From: a virus
Lineage: Duplodnaviria; Caudoviricetes
Strand: one strand, 5' to 3'
Length of the DNA stretch: 64,000 nucleotides
IMG/VR virus record: IMGVR_UViG_3300050119_000076
Span: 537-64,536 of that record
Positions 1 to 9,901 of this stretch are shown piece after piece. The notes beneath the pieces are model-generated. The model was not told where the DNA came from. It made no database searches and saw only the letters and a list, made by a program, of their open reading frames with translations. The first letter of the stretch is position 1; every line of letters begins with the position of its first letter. The position numbers and the translations under genes are program-made.

Positions 1-484
1 CGAGTTGGTGGTTCCATTTAACGACAGCGGCTGAGCCAACCTCGGCAAAGACGCCAGTCGACACGGGAAAAAGTTTCGGCACGAGAATCGTTGCAGCGTG
101 CGCGGTCTTGGCGAAGACACCAGTGGCGCCGGCCAGATGACGATTATACGCGAGCGTAGCAAAGCCAGCGCACGAGAAGGAGGCATTATAAGCGGTGAGT
201 GTCGGGGTCTTTTGAAGAACAGCAGCAGAGCCAGTAAGCGCGAACACACCCGTTGGAGGACCTGTGGCTTTGTAGATGTGCTTGAAGGCGAGGCTCTCGG
301 CGGTCTCGACGAACATACCCGTCAGCGCTACGATCGCCAGCGCGCGCACAACCACAATCGCTCTGCCCGTCACTACGAACGAGCCAGTCGCTCCAGAGAG
401 TTTACGGTTATACGCAAGCTTGTTCGGCGCGTAGGAACCAACGCCGAAGACACCAGTCGCAGCAGCGAGTGAATATGTCGACAT
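1..484 (-). CDS. Repeat-rich virion/tail protein, N-terminal part (runs off window start)
   Basis: ATG at 484, translated by hand: MSTYSLAAATGVFGVGS...GATGSFVVTG...STGVFAEVGSAAVVKWNHQL. Same ATGxFxxxGS repeat as 61820-63907. Not in the ORF track because it is truncated. Confidence 0.75.
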   Translation of the reverse strand, partial: MSTYSLAAATGVFGVGSYAPNKLAYNRKLSGATGSFVVTGRAIVVVRALAIVALTGMFVETAESLAFKHIYKATGPPTGVFALTGSAAVLQKTPTLTAYNASFSCAGFATLAYNRHLAGATGVFAKTAHAATILVPKLFPVSTGVFAEVGSAAVVKWNHQL

Positions 485-497
485 GGCTCACCGCCGA

Positions 498-926
498 TCA
501 GGCAAGGGTGAGAAGCACGGTGCTCGCGGGGGTCACGGTGAACGTCTCGCCTGCCACACCATTCAGTGTGACCGCGCTGCCGTAATCGTACCAGCCGATC
601 AGGTCGCCCGTGGTCGAGTCGTAATAGACCACATAGCGGAACGGTCCCATGTTGCCAGTCGATGACGTCCAGGTCGTGGGGTTCGCGGCCAGCGAAGAAG
701 TACCCGAGCTATTCGTCCAGCCCGTGCCACCGACTGTCGCACCGCCGGTCGTATAACCGTCACCACTGGCCAGCTCGGAAATTCTCGCGGCGATGACCGT
801 ATAGGTCGTGTCCGCCACAACGGGAGTCGCAGCGAACAACGCGACCTTGATTGTATCTGTATTTAGGTCCATACCACCGAGACCTAAATACTGCACGAAG
901 TTGTTGAACTTGCTGAACGTTGCGAT
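498..926 (-). CDS. Virion structural protein (DTIKVAL...YVVYYD...LIGWYDYG type)
   Basis: ORF 498..896 extends in frame to ATC-GCA-ACG-TTC-AGC-AAG (xATFSKFNNF) at 926, 8 nt downstream of GGAG. No upstream ATG before the stop at 960-962. Confidence 0.7.
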   Translation of the reverse strand: MATFSKFNNFVQYLGLGGMDLNTDTIKVALFAATPVVADTTYTVIAARISELASGDGYTTGGATVGGTGWTNSSGTSSLAANPTTWTSSTGNMGPFRYVVYYDSTTGDLIGWYDYGSAVTLNGVAGETFTVTPASTVLLTLA

Positions 927-995
927 GGCCGTTACTCCCGAGTTCGAAAATCCTGCGGACTATGTCACAACACCGTTAACCGTGCAAGTCCTAGC

Positions 996-3900
996 TCATT
1001 TCATATAGCTGAGCAATTTCCTGGTGTACACGTCTTTCATGGGTGTGCCAAGAGGCAATCCGGTGGCCCTAGACTGCCCAACCTCTTGCATCCATTTGCT
1101 AACTCCGCCTTGTAGGTTCATCTGCATGCCTCGATTTTCGGGCTTCATATTGAACTCTAGCGAAGCAGCACGCCACTTCGACATACCCTCCGTATCCTGG
1201 TTCTGTAGCGCGCGAGCGTAGCCTTCCTCAATCACCTGCGAACGCGCTTGCCGCGCCTCCTCGGCTCCGCTCTCTATTTCCTTACCTTCCATAGCCTCGG
1301 AATAAGCGCCGGGCGTCAGGCCTACAGCCTGTTGGAGAGCATCAAGCGCACCATGCTCCAGCGGCATCGGCTTGCCGGTGTGATCGACATAACCATGCTC
1401 TTCGACGTTATACGCGCGAGCGATATTGCGCAGCGATGTGGGGAGGAAATGCGCCATCACCATCGTCGGCGGAACGCCGTTATAGAAGTCTCGCATCGCT
1501 GTCACCGAGTTACCTATCATGCTTATTGGAGCGCCCCAGGCGCGCGACAGAGCATCCGGCAATGCATCTTCCCACTTGCGACGGTCCTCAATGAAGCGCG
1601 TGAAGGGCGCCTCAGCAACACCCCAATCGGCAGCGTCCACACCAAGAGTCCGCGGCAATCCGCGCGCCAACATCTCGGACGTGTCGTGGCCAAAAACCTC
1701 CCTCAGAAAATCACGATAATGCGCGACAACATCGTAGCCCTGGCCCCCAGTGAACAAGTCGGACATGCGGGTAAAGAGCCCGGCCATCAAGCCAGCGGCC
1801 GGCAAACCTAGCGTACCGGTCAGAACAGTCGCCGCGGCTAAATGCGCCATCATGAAACGCTGCGATTCGGCGCGCGTCTCCGGGCTCGCATCCATGCCAC
1901 CGAACGAACGTACCAACTCCGGCAGGAGCTTTGACCAATACTTGGATTGGAACTGATGGAACTTAAAGACCATCGGCGACATTGGTCCCATGAAACCGCC
2001 CTTCGCACTAAAGCCGCGCGGCGTGTCATAGTTGCCCCAATTAAACATGCTCTCACCGAGCACATGATGCGTGTAATCCCCCACACTGTTGAAGCCCGTC
2101 ATCTGATCCGGTCGCGCATCAGCTAAATGCTTGGCGCTGAGAATGATCGACAGGCGCGCATTAACCTCCGCGAACGTCGCAGTCATGTTGGCGTACTGCA
2201 TCCAGCGATTAATGGCCCCATGACCGACAGTACCGCCCTGCTGCGCCTGCGCGAAGCTCCCGGACTCCAGCATAGCGCGATTGCGCATGTCCAGGACGTG
2301 TGCAACCTCTGATTGGTTGAGCCCAGCGCGACCGAGCATAGCGTCATTGAAGCCATCCAGAGGGTTCTTCAGCAGCTCCATCATGATCCGCATGGTCTTC
2401 GGCGCGGTCGAGATCAGCGCGGCGCCGGAATTTACGAAGCCGAACTTCTTCGCGAACTCGGGCCAGCCAAGAAGTGGGTTTTGCATGACCTGCATCGCCA
2501 TAAAAGCCGGGCTGCCACCAAGTTGCCAAGTGTGGGCGATAGCAGTAAGGGCCTCGATATAGCTATGCGGCTCGCGTGACAACATATTCGTGCGGCGCGT
2601 CATGTACTCATCAGCAACACCCTGCATTTTGCTGGCCAGTGCGGTATTACCCATGCCCTTGAATGCGCCTGCCTGTGCCTGCAGATCAACATCATTCTTA
2701 GCCATGTCATAATTCGTCGCCAGTGACGCTAGCGAGTTTGCCACCATCGCATCGCTGCGACCCATGCTGCTAACCATGTCCTTAGATGACCCCAGGACGT
2801 TCTCGCGCTTCTCCCACAACTGGCGCACAGAGTTTGGAGGCAAAAGATCGACCTGCAGCGCGCGAACCGCAGCTAAGATATCGAGTTGGTTTGGATCGCT
2901 GGAGTTCTGTTTCTCTGCATTGGCGAGCAGATGATCGGCGAACGGGATCGCCCCGTCGAAAATCTTTCCTGCGCCAATCGGCCCGGTCGTGATACCCTTC
3001 TCGGTATCGAGAAACCCATCCTTCTGAAGCCCGTATGCTAAATCTGCCATCGCCTGCGCGTTGTCCGTCGTCGGATGGCGGGTATAGACAGTGCGACGAT
3101 CGGATGAGAGCGCGTTCATGTCTACATCACCCATGCCACCTGCGTTCATACGTGTCTCGGCCGCCTTCAACGCAGCCGGATCGATACGACCATCAGGGCC
3201 AGCGCGCAGTGTGAACGCGGTGAAGAAGTCTCCATTGCGCCCAAGAGTGAAATGCGGTGCTTGATTCATAGCCTGCATACGGGCAGTGTTTTCCGCCAGA
3301 ATCTTCTCGAACGGTTTCGCGTAATCTGGCAACTCGCCCTGGCCATGCAGCCCATCTAGGAACGTCTGAACACTTGATTGCATCTGCGTCAGCGCCGCAT
3401 TGCCGTGCTGGTTATACGCGCTGATGTTGCGATGGTCGGGCCGCTGATTCCAAGCACTAGACGGGGACTGATCCGGGAAGTCGGCGACCTTACCGGGCAA
3501 AAACCGGCTCACCATGTCGAAGAGATGCTCCGCCATTTGCATGTAGCCATGTCCCTGCTCCAGTTGGACACGCTCCCTATACAAATTCTGCCCCACACCG
3601 GGCGGCGCGCCGTCTTTAGCCGGCTGCCCGAGGGTGTTATAGACACCCTGCGCGCGGTTAAACTCGCTCTGCAGCTCCGCGAGACGCGGATTCGGCTGCG
3701 TCGGATCGTCGGGGTCCATATGGAGCCATGTCTGCGCTGACCACGGCTTGGTCAGGTCGAACTTATTCTTCGTCGCAGTGCTGATAATGTACTGCAGATT
3801 AGCGTAGGACTGCTTGAACGCCGAATACTGGAGCAGTCCGCGGTTGTTCACGTTCGTAGTGTCGCCTATGGCTGCAGTAATAGCAGCACGAGCCTGATGT

Positions 3901-6900
3901 AGCGTCTCGCCAACACCAAGCGCAGGGAGTTTCTCGCCCCATGAACGCACCATGTCCCGAAGACCCATCAGTTTCATGCGGAAACTCTGTATCGGCTGGC
4001 TAGATATCCAGTCTCCGATCTTCGCAGCCTCCTGCATCCCACGACTGATAACGTCATCCGCTGCTTCGGGACGTTTAGCGAGCATGCTCTGCGCGGGATT
4101 GTCGTAGTTGGCGCCGGGAACCACCGGCCGCTGCGTCCCCTGCATCGCTGTGCGGTTGTCCTCAACCCACTTTGCCACGTCAGAGGCGCCGAAAGTCTTG
4201 AACTTCGCGGCAAACTGATGCAGCCCGACATCATCGAGTTTCGCGGCAATGGCCTGCTTGAACTTTCCAACGATTGCGAGAAGAGCCTGCTGCAGCGGAC
4301 CAGTGCGACCAGGCTCAGAGGCGTGCGCGATAATTTCTTCGGCCGCATTTGCCTTCTCTGCATCCGACATCTCAAAACCATTAGCAGGAAAATACTGAGC
4401 TACGGAGTCCTGAACGCCAAACCGCTGCGCGAGCTTCTGCGCCCCGGCACTACCGCCCATGCGATCGAACACATCAGCCATTGTCGCGGTATGCTCTGGA
4501 GTGCCCTGCTCCCCAACGCGGGCCATCGTGGCCATATGTCCAGCAAGTGCCTCATGCGACAATGTCTGCTCGACCTCCAATGGTGTGCGCATCTGATCGC
4601 GGAAAATATACGCACGCTGGTTATGATAGAGACCCATCAGGTTGTTCAAGTCGAACTTCGCCTGCGCAGCGCTCGCTTGAACATCAGGCGGTAATTGACT
4701 GGCATTATCCAGGACATGAACACGCGCTGCAATGTCCGGTCTAATGCGATCGGTGGCCAGACGGTTCGCGACGATGCGATCAATGCGCGCAGCCGGCATC
4801 GGCGCCGAATTAGGAGCATCGGAATAGCTTGCGAGTGGTGTCTTCACAACCGGATCGGGCTGATACGAAACAACTTGCGGCTTGTCGAAGACGTTCCGCA
4901 GCAGTTTCAAGTCCTCGCCCTTCGGCCCAGTATCGGTGGGCTCAGCATCATTCCAACGCACAACGAGACCATCGTACCCTTTGCCCAGGACCGTATCTTT
5001 CAACGCCTGCGTCTGCTGTGTCATCTGTGCTGGGTCGGTTCCATAGGGATTCGGGAACTTCCAACCGGCCTCCTTCGTTAGCGCGGTCCACTGTTGTCCA
5101 CTCGTGATGGTCAGCGGCTTCTGCACGACTTCAGCGAGGTTGGCCTTCTCGATGTTAGGACCGAATGTCGCCGCGTGCGCCGGATCGAACGAGAAGTAGC
5201 GTCCCTGTCCAGCAATCGGCACCGGCGAACCAGTCGGGTTGTATACAGTAGACACATCACCACGACCAGAGCCACGGAATAACTCCGGCCCCACGTCCGC
5301 CCGCGCACCAATGCCCTTCAAGAACGCCGGCACATCATCAGGTCGCGGTGTCGTCAAGTCTTCAGGAGTTGTTCCGATATCTTGGATAGCAGGGCCTTTT
5401 TCTTCTGGGGGAGCTGGAGGAGTTTCTCGGGGCGCAACTTCCGCAGGGGTAGCATCCCTCGCGGCGTATGGGCTTCCCGCCCCACCACTATTTTCGGATG
5501 CTGCGCCTGGTTCTTGAACGACACCTGGCTCTTGAATAGCAGTTGCCGTATCTGGTGTAGGTTTCAATGCCGCAGCTTGATCGCGCAGCGCGATCAGATT
5601 CTCCAACTTCGGGCTATCGGGGCTCTTGGCCAGCTCGGCATCGAGATCGCGCGCAATGCCTAAATGAGTTGCGAGCTTATCAAACGACTTAGTATCTGTC
5701 ACCGGCAACTTCTGGTCGACCGCAGCCTGCACTTCGTTATAGAACTCAGGGAGATTCTTAGCCTGCGAACCTTTAAGGAAGTCACCCACAACACCAGACG
5801 AAGCCGCGCGAGGCGCGACATCCGCATTGGTAGCGACCTGCTTAGCAATCGGGATCTGCGAAGTTTCATCCACATGAAGCTTCTGCGCAAGCGTCGGTTC
5901 GGCAAGCGCGGTTTCGACCTGTGACACAGGCACGGCCGGAGTTTCAGCAGCCGGAGGCACAGGCACGACCGGAGTTTCAGCAGCCGGAGGCACGGGCGCA
6001 CCAGGCACGGGTGTCTCAGCAGCCGCAATCGGAGGCACAGGCTCAGCGGCCGGCGTCGCGGGAGCAGCACGCTGACCAAAGTCGGGGGCGGGGGGCGCCG
6101 TGGGCGCCATTGCTTTGACCGCCGCAGCCTGATCGGGATCAATGGTGTCGATCTGCGCCTTAATCGCATCGTTTGTCGGCGCGCCGCCACGCATGCCAAG
6201 AACGCCACCCATCAGGCCGCCAGTGATGGCACCCGAGGCTGCGGATTCAGCGATCATATGTGCCTTATCGGCGGTGGAGAGATCCGGCCGCACGGTCATC
6301 TCGGCCGCGGTCTGCAGGCCAGAGCCCACCGTATTGAACGCAGCACCGCCAAAGGCCGTCGCGGCCATGCGCGACATCAGCGTACCGTTAGCTTTCTCCA
6401 ACACCGAGGCCGGGAACATGGCCTGGATCATGCCGACCGGGACGCCGAACATGAGGGCCTTTGCGGCGTCGAGTTGCGTAGCGCCTCCGGGCTTCTGATC
6501 GGCCTGTTGCTCGATCCCACCGACGGCAAGCGGCGTCATGACGCCGGCAGCAGCCGCAGCGAGCTGGTTGCTACCAGTGCCGCCAGCGATTTCAGGGATC
6601 GCCTGAGAGAGTTTGCCCATGATGCCCGGCGCAGCGGAGCGTACTGGCACCCCCATCGCGGTGAGACGCGCCGCATAGGGCGCCGCTTCAGCGCCGGCAC
6701 CGGCCAAGCCTCCAATCCCCGCCAACATTGGAGCCATCTCAAGACCGGTCACAGCGGCTTTCTTCAAGAAGCCGCCCACGCCGTTAGCGAAATAACCGCC
6801 CTGCTCAACACCTTGAATATCCGGCTCGTTAGTCGCGGAGGCCGTCGCGGCGAAGTTACTCATCGCATCTGCAGCGCCGGGCATGCCTAGAACGCGCGGA

Positions 6901-7184
6901 ACTGCGGAGGCAGCATAAGCCGCGCCGCCCACGAGTTGATGCAGCCCGACACCGATCGGCTCGGCGACCGCGCGCACGGGCGCAGGCACATTGGCCCGCA
7001 TCCAATCAGCAAAATTATTGACGGCAGCAGCCGCGTAATCCACGGGTCCGGCGCCAGGCGTCGTGCTCCAGACAGAGCCGGGCGCAGGTGGGGGCGCGGC
7101 AGGCACGGGTGCGGTAGGGCGCGGCAAATTCTGATCACCGCCAGCCCAGGCTATCGGCGCATTTGGATCGGGCATGCCGGCCAT
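996..7184 (-). CDS. Giant (2062 aa) internal virion/ejection protein, polyvalent-protein type
   Basis: ART-like segment (LFRGS...GRYFS...KGYDGLVV), HEALAGH zincin-like motif, PHFTLGRNGDFF (PLxRFG-like); located in the structural operon. Confidence 0.7.
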   Translation of the reverse strand: MAGMPDPNAPIAWAGGDQNLPRPTAPVPAAPPPAPGSVWSTTPGAGPVDYAAAAVNNFADWMRANVPAPVRAVAEPIGVGLHQLVGGAAYAASAVPRVLGMPGAADAMSNFAATASATNEPDIQGVEQGGYFANGVGGFLKKAAVTGLEMAPMLAGIGGLAGAGAEAAPYAARLTAMGVPVRSAAPGIMGKLSQAIPEIAGGTGSNQLAAAAAGVMTPLAVGGIEQQADQKPGGATQLDAAKALMFGVPVGMIQAMFPASVLEKANGTLMSRMAATAFGGAAFNTVGSGLQTAAEMTVRPDLSTADKAHMIAESAASGAITGGLMGGVLGMRGGAPTNDAIKAQIDTIDPDQAAAVKAMAPTAPPAPDFGQRAAPATPAAEPVPPIAAAETPVPGAPVPPAAETPVVPVPPAAETPAVPVSQVETALAEPTLAQKLHVDETSQIPIAKQVATNADVAPRAASSGVVGDFLKGSQAKNLPEFYNEVQAAVDQKLPVTDTKSFDKLATHLGIARDLDAELAKSPDSPKLENLIALRDQAAALKPTPDTATAIQEPGVVQEPGAASENSGGAGSPYAARDATPAEVAPRETPPAPPEEKGPAIQDIGTTPEDLTTPRPDDVPAFLKGIGARADVGPELFRGSGRGDVSTVYNPTGSPVPIAGQGRYFSFDPAHAATFGPNIEKANLAEVVQKPLTITSGQQWTALTKEAGWKFPNPYGTDPAQMTQQTQALKDTVLGKGYDGLVVRWNDAEPTDTGPKGEDLKLLRNVFDKPQVVSYQPDPVVKTPLASYSDAPNSAPMPAARIDRIVANRLATDRIRPDIAARVHVLDNASQLPPDVQASAAQAKFDLNNLMGLYHNQRAYIFRDQMRTPLEVEQTLSHEALAGHMATMARVGEQGTPEHTATMADVFDRMGGSAGAQKLAQRFGVQDSVAQYFPANGFEMSDAEKANAAEEIIAHASEPGRTGPLQQALLAIVGKFKQAIAAKLDDVGLHQFAAKFKTFGASDVAKWVEDNRTAMQGTQRPVVPGANYDNPAQSMLAKRPEAADDVISRGMQEAAKIGDWISSQPIQSFRMKLMGLRDMVRSWGEKLPALGVGETLHQARAAITAAIGDTTNVNNRGLLQYSAFKQSYANLQYIISTATKNKFDLTKPWSAQTWLHMDPDDPTQPNPRLAELQSEFNRAQGVYNTLGQPAKDGAPPGVGQNLYRERVQLEQGHGYMQMAEHLFDMVSRFLPGKVADFPDQSPSSAWNQRPDHRNISAYNQHGNAALTQMQSSVQTFLDGLHGQGELPDYAKPFEKILAENTARMQAMNQAPHFTLGRNGDFFTAFTLRAGPDGRIDPAALKAAETRMNAGGMGDVDMNALSSDRRTVYTRHPTTDNAQAMADLAYGLQKDGFLDTEKGITTGPIGAGKIFDGAIPFADHLLANAEKQNSSDPNQLDILAAVRALQVDLLPPNSVRQLWEKRENVLGSSKDMVSSMGRSDAMVANSLASLATNYDMAKNDVDLQAQAGAFKGMGNTALASKMQGVADEYMTRRTNMLSREPHSYIEALTAIAHTWQLGGSPAFMAMQVMQNPLLGWPEFAKKFGFVNSGAALISTAPKTMRIMMELLKNPLDGFNDAMLGRAGLNQSEVAHVLDMRNRAMLESGSFAQAQQGGTVGHGAINRWMQYANMTATFAEVNARLSIILSAKHLADARPDQMTGFNSVGDYTHHVLGESMFNWGNYDTPRGFSAKGGFMGPMSPMVFKFHQFQSKYWSKLLPELVRSFGGMDASPETRAESQRFMMAHLAAATVLTGTLGLPAAGLMAGLFTRMSDLFTGGQGYDVVAHYRDFLREVFGHDTSEMLARGLPRTLGVDAADWGVAEAPFTRFIEDRRKWEDALPDALSRAWGAPISMIGNSVTAMRDFYNGVPPTMVMAHFLPTSLRNIARAYNVEEHGYVDHTGKPMPLEHGALDALQQAVGLTPGAYSEAMEGKEIESGAEEARQARSQVIEEGYARALQNQDTEGMSKWRAASLEFNMKPENRGMQMNLQGGVSKWMQEVGQSRATGLPLGTPMKDVYTRKLLSYMK

Positions 7185-7187
7185 TTA

Positions 7188-8000
7188 TCAGTTTCCTACA
7201 AAGGAAAATCCTGAGCGGCCAAAGCCCCAAACACTCGGCGCGAACATCTTACGAAGCATCTCGCGCCTCGCTAGATCGACCTTCGCTTCGAAGGTTGTTA
7301 GGAACTCTTGTGCGCGCTCGGGATCACCAAGTTCATGATCGACAATACGCAGCGCGAGATACGCTGCATAGTCCAACAGGTCGAGATGATATTCCTCCGG
7401 GACCTCCGGCGCAACCTCTGTGTTATCAGGCGTCAAATGCTTCGGCAGACGCGCGACACGCATCTGAATAGTGCAGCCGGCGTATAAGGCACTTGGAATG
7501 GGATAGGCGCGAAAGTTGATGATGCCCATAGAGCCATCTTTATTGGCTGTCGTGAACTCGTCCGTATCGTAAGCCAGTGGCTTACCAGGCGGTAGCGTCG
7601 AAAGTTCATTGGGACTGAAGAAATAACGATCGGGGATCGTGTAGCAATCGAACTGGAAATGCCCGGCGCGCGCAAGATCCGCCTTATCCTCGGGCTGCGG
7701 CCCGACCCACACGCCATTGACCCATGAGCCGTTACCCATGAAGCGCGCGGAGATAATCGCGAGGATGGAGGGATCTAGGGGGTAGTTCTTCTGGAAAGCG
7801 ACCGTCTTAAACTGCGTAATAGACGGCGTCGTACCGTCGCGGATACAGAGTGTCCGACGGGCGAACCGACGCTGCGCCTCATCAATATAGCGGACGAGCG
7901 TCGACTTCGACCAAAGGTAATCCGTGTCACCCGCGACGAGATCGCTACGATCGTGCAGGATGTCAGCCCGCAGTATGCCAAGCAATTCACCGAGGGTCAT
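7188..8000 (-). CDS. Head-tail adaptor/connector-like protein
   Basis: MTLGELLGILR...YLWS...LVRYIDEAQRRF and PEVPEEYHLDLLDYAAYLAL pattern; downstream of capsid genes. Confidence 0.6.
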   Translation of the reverse strand: MTLGELLGILRADILHDRSDLVAGDTDYLWSKSTLVRYIDEAQRRFARRTLCIRDGTTPSITQFKTVAFQKNYPLDPSILAIISARFMGNGSWVNGVWVGPQPEDKADLARAGHFQFDCYTIPDRYFFSPNELSTLPPGKPLAYDTDEFTTANKDGSMGIINFRAYPIPSALYAGCTIQMRVARLPKHLTPDNTEVAPEVPEEYHLDLLDYAAYLALRIVDHELGDPERAQEFLTTFEAKVDLARREMLRKMFAPSVWGFGRSGFSFVGN

Positions 8001-8009
8001 GACCGTTCC

Positions 8010-8351
8010 TTATTCGGCCAAGCGCAAATCAGCAGCCGTTACGAGACGATAGGGGAAGCGTCGACGACTCCGAGTGCCGATAACCTTCAGCGTGTTCGAA
8101 TCCTTGCGCGGCATCGCCTGGATAGCGTTATCGAGAACCTCAATGACAGCAGGCGGCACCCAGGCCGGCTCGCCGGCTCTTAGAATATAGCCCTTGCCAT
8201 TGACGCCAATCGGTAAACCGGTAGGCGGCATGTTCTCTGACTCTTCCAGGATGATATGCACGTAATCTTTCGGCATGCCGATCGAAGCCTTTTTGACCGG
8301 CTTGGCGTCCACAGACGGGGGGCTCGCCACGATTTCAACTTTGTCGCTCAT
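8010..8351 (-). CDS. Conserved phage head-module protein
   Basis: IGVNGKGYILRAGEPAWVPPAVIEVLDNA...RFPY; coupled to neighbours. Confidence 0.6.
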   Translation of the reverse strand: MSDKVEIVASPPSVDAKPVKKASIGMPKDYVHIILEESENMPPTGLPIGVNGKGYILRAGEPAWVPPAVIEVLDNAIQAMPRKDSNTLKVIGTRSRRRFPYRLVTAADLRLAE

Positions 8352-8623
8352 TTCTTGTCTTCCTTCTCTTCAGTGTCTTCCTCGGTGGCCTCCTTGAAGG
8401 CCGCCGCAAACGGGTCCGGTGGAGGCGGGTCGAGAGGCAGAGCCTTCTCGGCAATCGTCTTCACGAACTCGCAAGCATCTTCGCAAGTCTTGAATTGATA
8501 CTCGCGCTCAGGGTCCACCCAAACTGTGGAGGGACTTTGTTTACGATTAGCTTCCGCGATCTTCGGATCAGTCGCCGTGACCGAGTAACCGTTCTGATCG
8601 CGCTCAATGCGGATGCAGGCCAT
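8348..8623 (-). CDS. Hypothetical protein
   Basis: 91 aa; ATGA overlap with the next gene. Confidence 0.55.
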   Translation of the reverse strand: MACIRIERDQNGYSVTATDPKIAEANRKQSPSTVWVDPEREYQFKTCEDACEFVKTIAEKALPLDPPPPDPFAAAFKEATEEDTEEKEDKK

Positions 8624-8624
8624 C

Positions 8625-9320
8625 TCAGGCTTCCGTATAGCTGCAGGTGATTTCGTAGTCGATCAGCCCGGTCGCCGATGCGGCCGTAACTGGCGCCACC
8701 GTGCGTGCGACGGCGTCTGTCACAACGCTGGCAATCGCTTCGTCCGCTGCAGTCTGCGAAGTTCCTTCAACGTTCGTGATCTTGGTCTCTTTGATGCAGG
8801 TAAAGTTGGTGACGGCGCCGCGGCCAGTGGAGATACCGAAATCTGCGGCCACGCCGATACCGACCGTGTTGCCGGTGCCCGAGCCGTTCGCGGCATAGCC
8901 CGCAACTGTCGCGGAGGTAAGTTGCGCATAGGCCCATTTGCTCTTGACCGTTGCGGAGGCGTTCTCGATGAGGCTAATGACTTCTGAAACTGGGCTACCA
9001 TCCTGGTCCGTGCCGACCAAAGTCAACGTGCCAGCGGTAATCGCGGTCGTGGTCGTGGTGCCAATCACGATGCGAACACTGAGCTTCCGAGCATGCGGAG
9101 GCTGCGCGGCGAGCGTCAGCGCGACGTTGGCCGGCGTCACAGCCGCGACGATAGAGACCAAGTCCGCAAGAATAGGTGCGTGGATCGACTCTTTGACCGT
9201 AAAGTATTGATCGTTACCTGCGCCGGCTTGACCAAAAAGATCCGCAAACATCGCATCGATCTTAGCGAACGAACTACGGGAATCTTCCTGACCACTGTGG
9301 TCGAGTTTTTGATAGGCCAT
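8625..9320 (-). CDS. Putative virion structural protein
   Basis: 231 aa, T/A/G-rich; GGAG upstream. Confidence 0.6.
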   Translation of the reverse strand: MAYQKLDHSGQEDSRSSFAKIDAMFADLFGQAGAGNDQYFTVKESIHAPILADLVSIVAAVTPANVALTLAAQPPHARKLSVRIVIGTTTTTAITAGTLTLVGTDQDGSPVSEVISLIENASATVKSKWAYAQLTSATVAGYAANGSGTGNTVGIGVAADFGISTGRGAVTNFTCIKETKITNVEGTSQTAADEAIASVVTDAVARTVAPVTAASATGLIDYEITCSYTEA

Positions 9321-9352
9321 TGGTGCGGACTCCAGAAACTAAAATGAAAGGT

Positions 9353-9376
9353 AAAAGGCGCCCCGTAGGGCGCCTT
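9353..9376 (-). terminator. Intrinsic terminator after capsid/decoration genes
   Basis: Minus strand AAGGCGCCC-TACG-GGGCGCCTT followed by TT. Confidence 0.75.
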
Positions 9377-9381
9377 AACTA

Positions 9382-9867
9382 TTAGCTGCCAAAAGCGTAC
9401 CAGACGTACACTTTGGCGGAGACGTTGGCCGGAGCAGCGGCCGAACCAGCGGTACCGAACATGAGAGTCCAGCCCCCCGTCTCGGCCAGGTTCGGCGAAT
9501 AATCTTCGACGGTCGTGTTTATCAGCGTGCCATCACCAGTTTCCGAAGTGCCGGGCGCGTAGACACCTGGCTCAGAGTACGAAGTGCCGACATCCGAATT
9601 GATGACAACTGTGTCGGTGCCAATCGCCGGATCTGCGCCGGTGACGCCGTACCACGAATCAGTCGCGGCTAAGCCTTCAACCCACTCCCACCGCTTGGTG
9701 TCGGTGACGTTGATGAGCACGACCACCCGCGGCACGAACCCGATGTTAATCGGAATGCCACCAGTGTTCCCGTCACCGGTGTAGCTACCATAGGCGAACT
9801 GGCAAGCGCCAGGCGTCTGCGCGGGCAGCACCGTTCCAGGGGCAGTATTTCCAGTTGCGACAGCCAT
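9382..9867 (-). CDS. Putative capsid decoration/minor head protein
   Basis: Directly after capsid gene; GSYTGDG...IGFVPRVV motif; AGGAG RBS. Confidence 0.55.
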   Translation of the reverse strand: MAVATGNTAPGTVLPAQTPGACQFAYGSYTGDGNTGGIPINIGFVPRVVVLINVTDTKRWEWVEGLAATDSWYGVTGADPAIGTDTVVINSDVGTSYSEPGVYAPGTSETGDGTLINTTVEDYSPNLAETGGWTLMFGTAGSAAAPANVSAKVYVWYAFGS

Positions 9868-9901
9868 TATAGTCTCCTATTAACCAAAAGTTATGCCCTT
9901 A

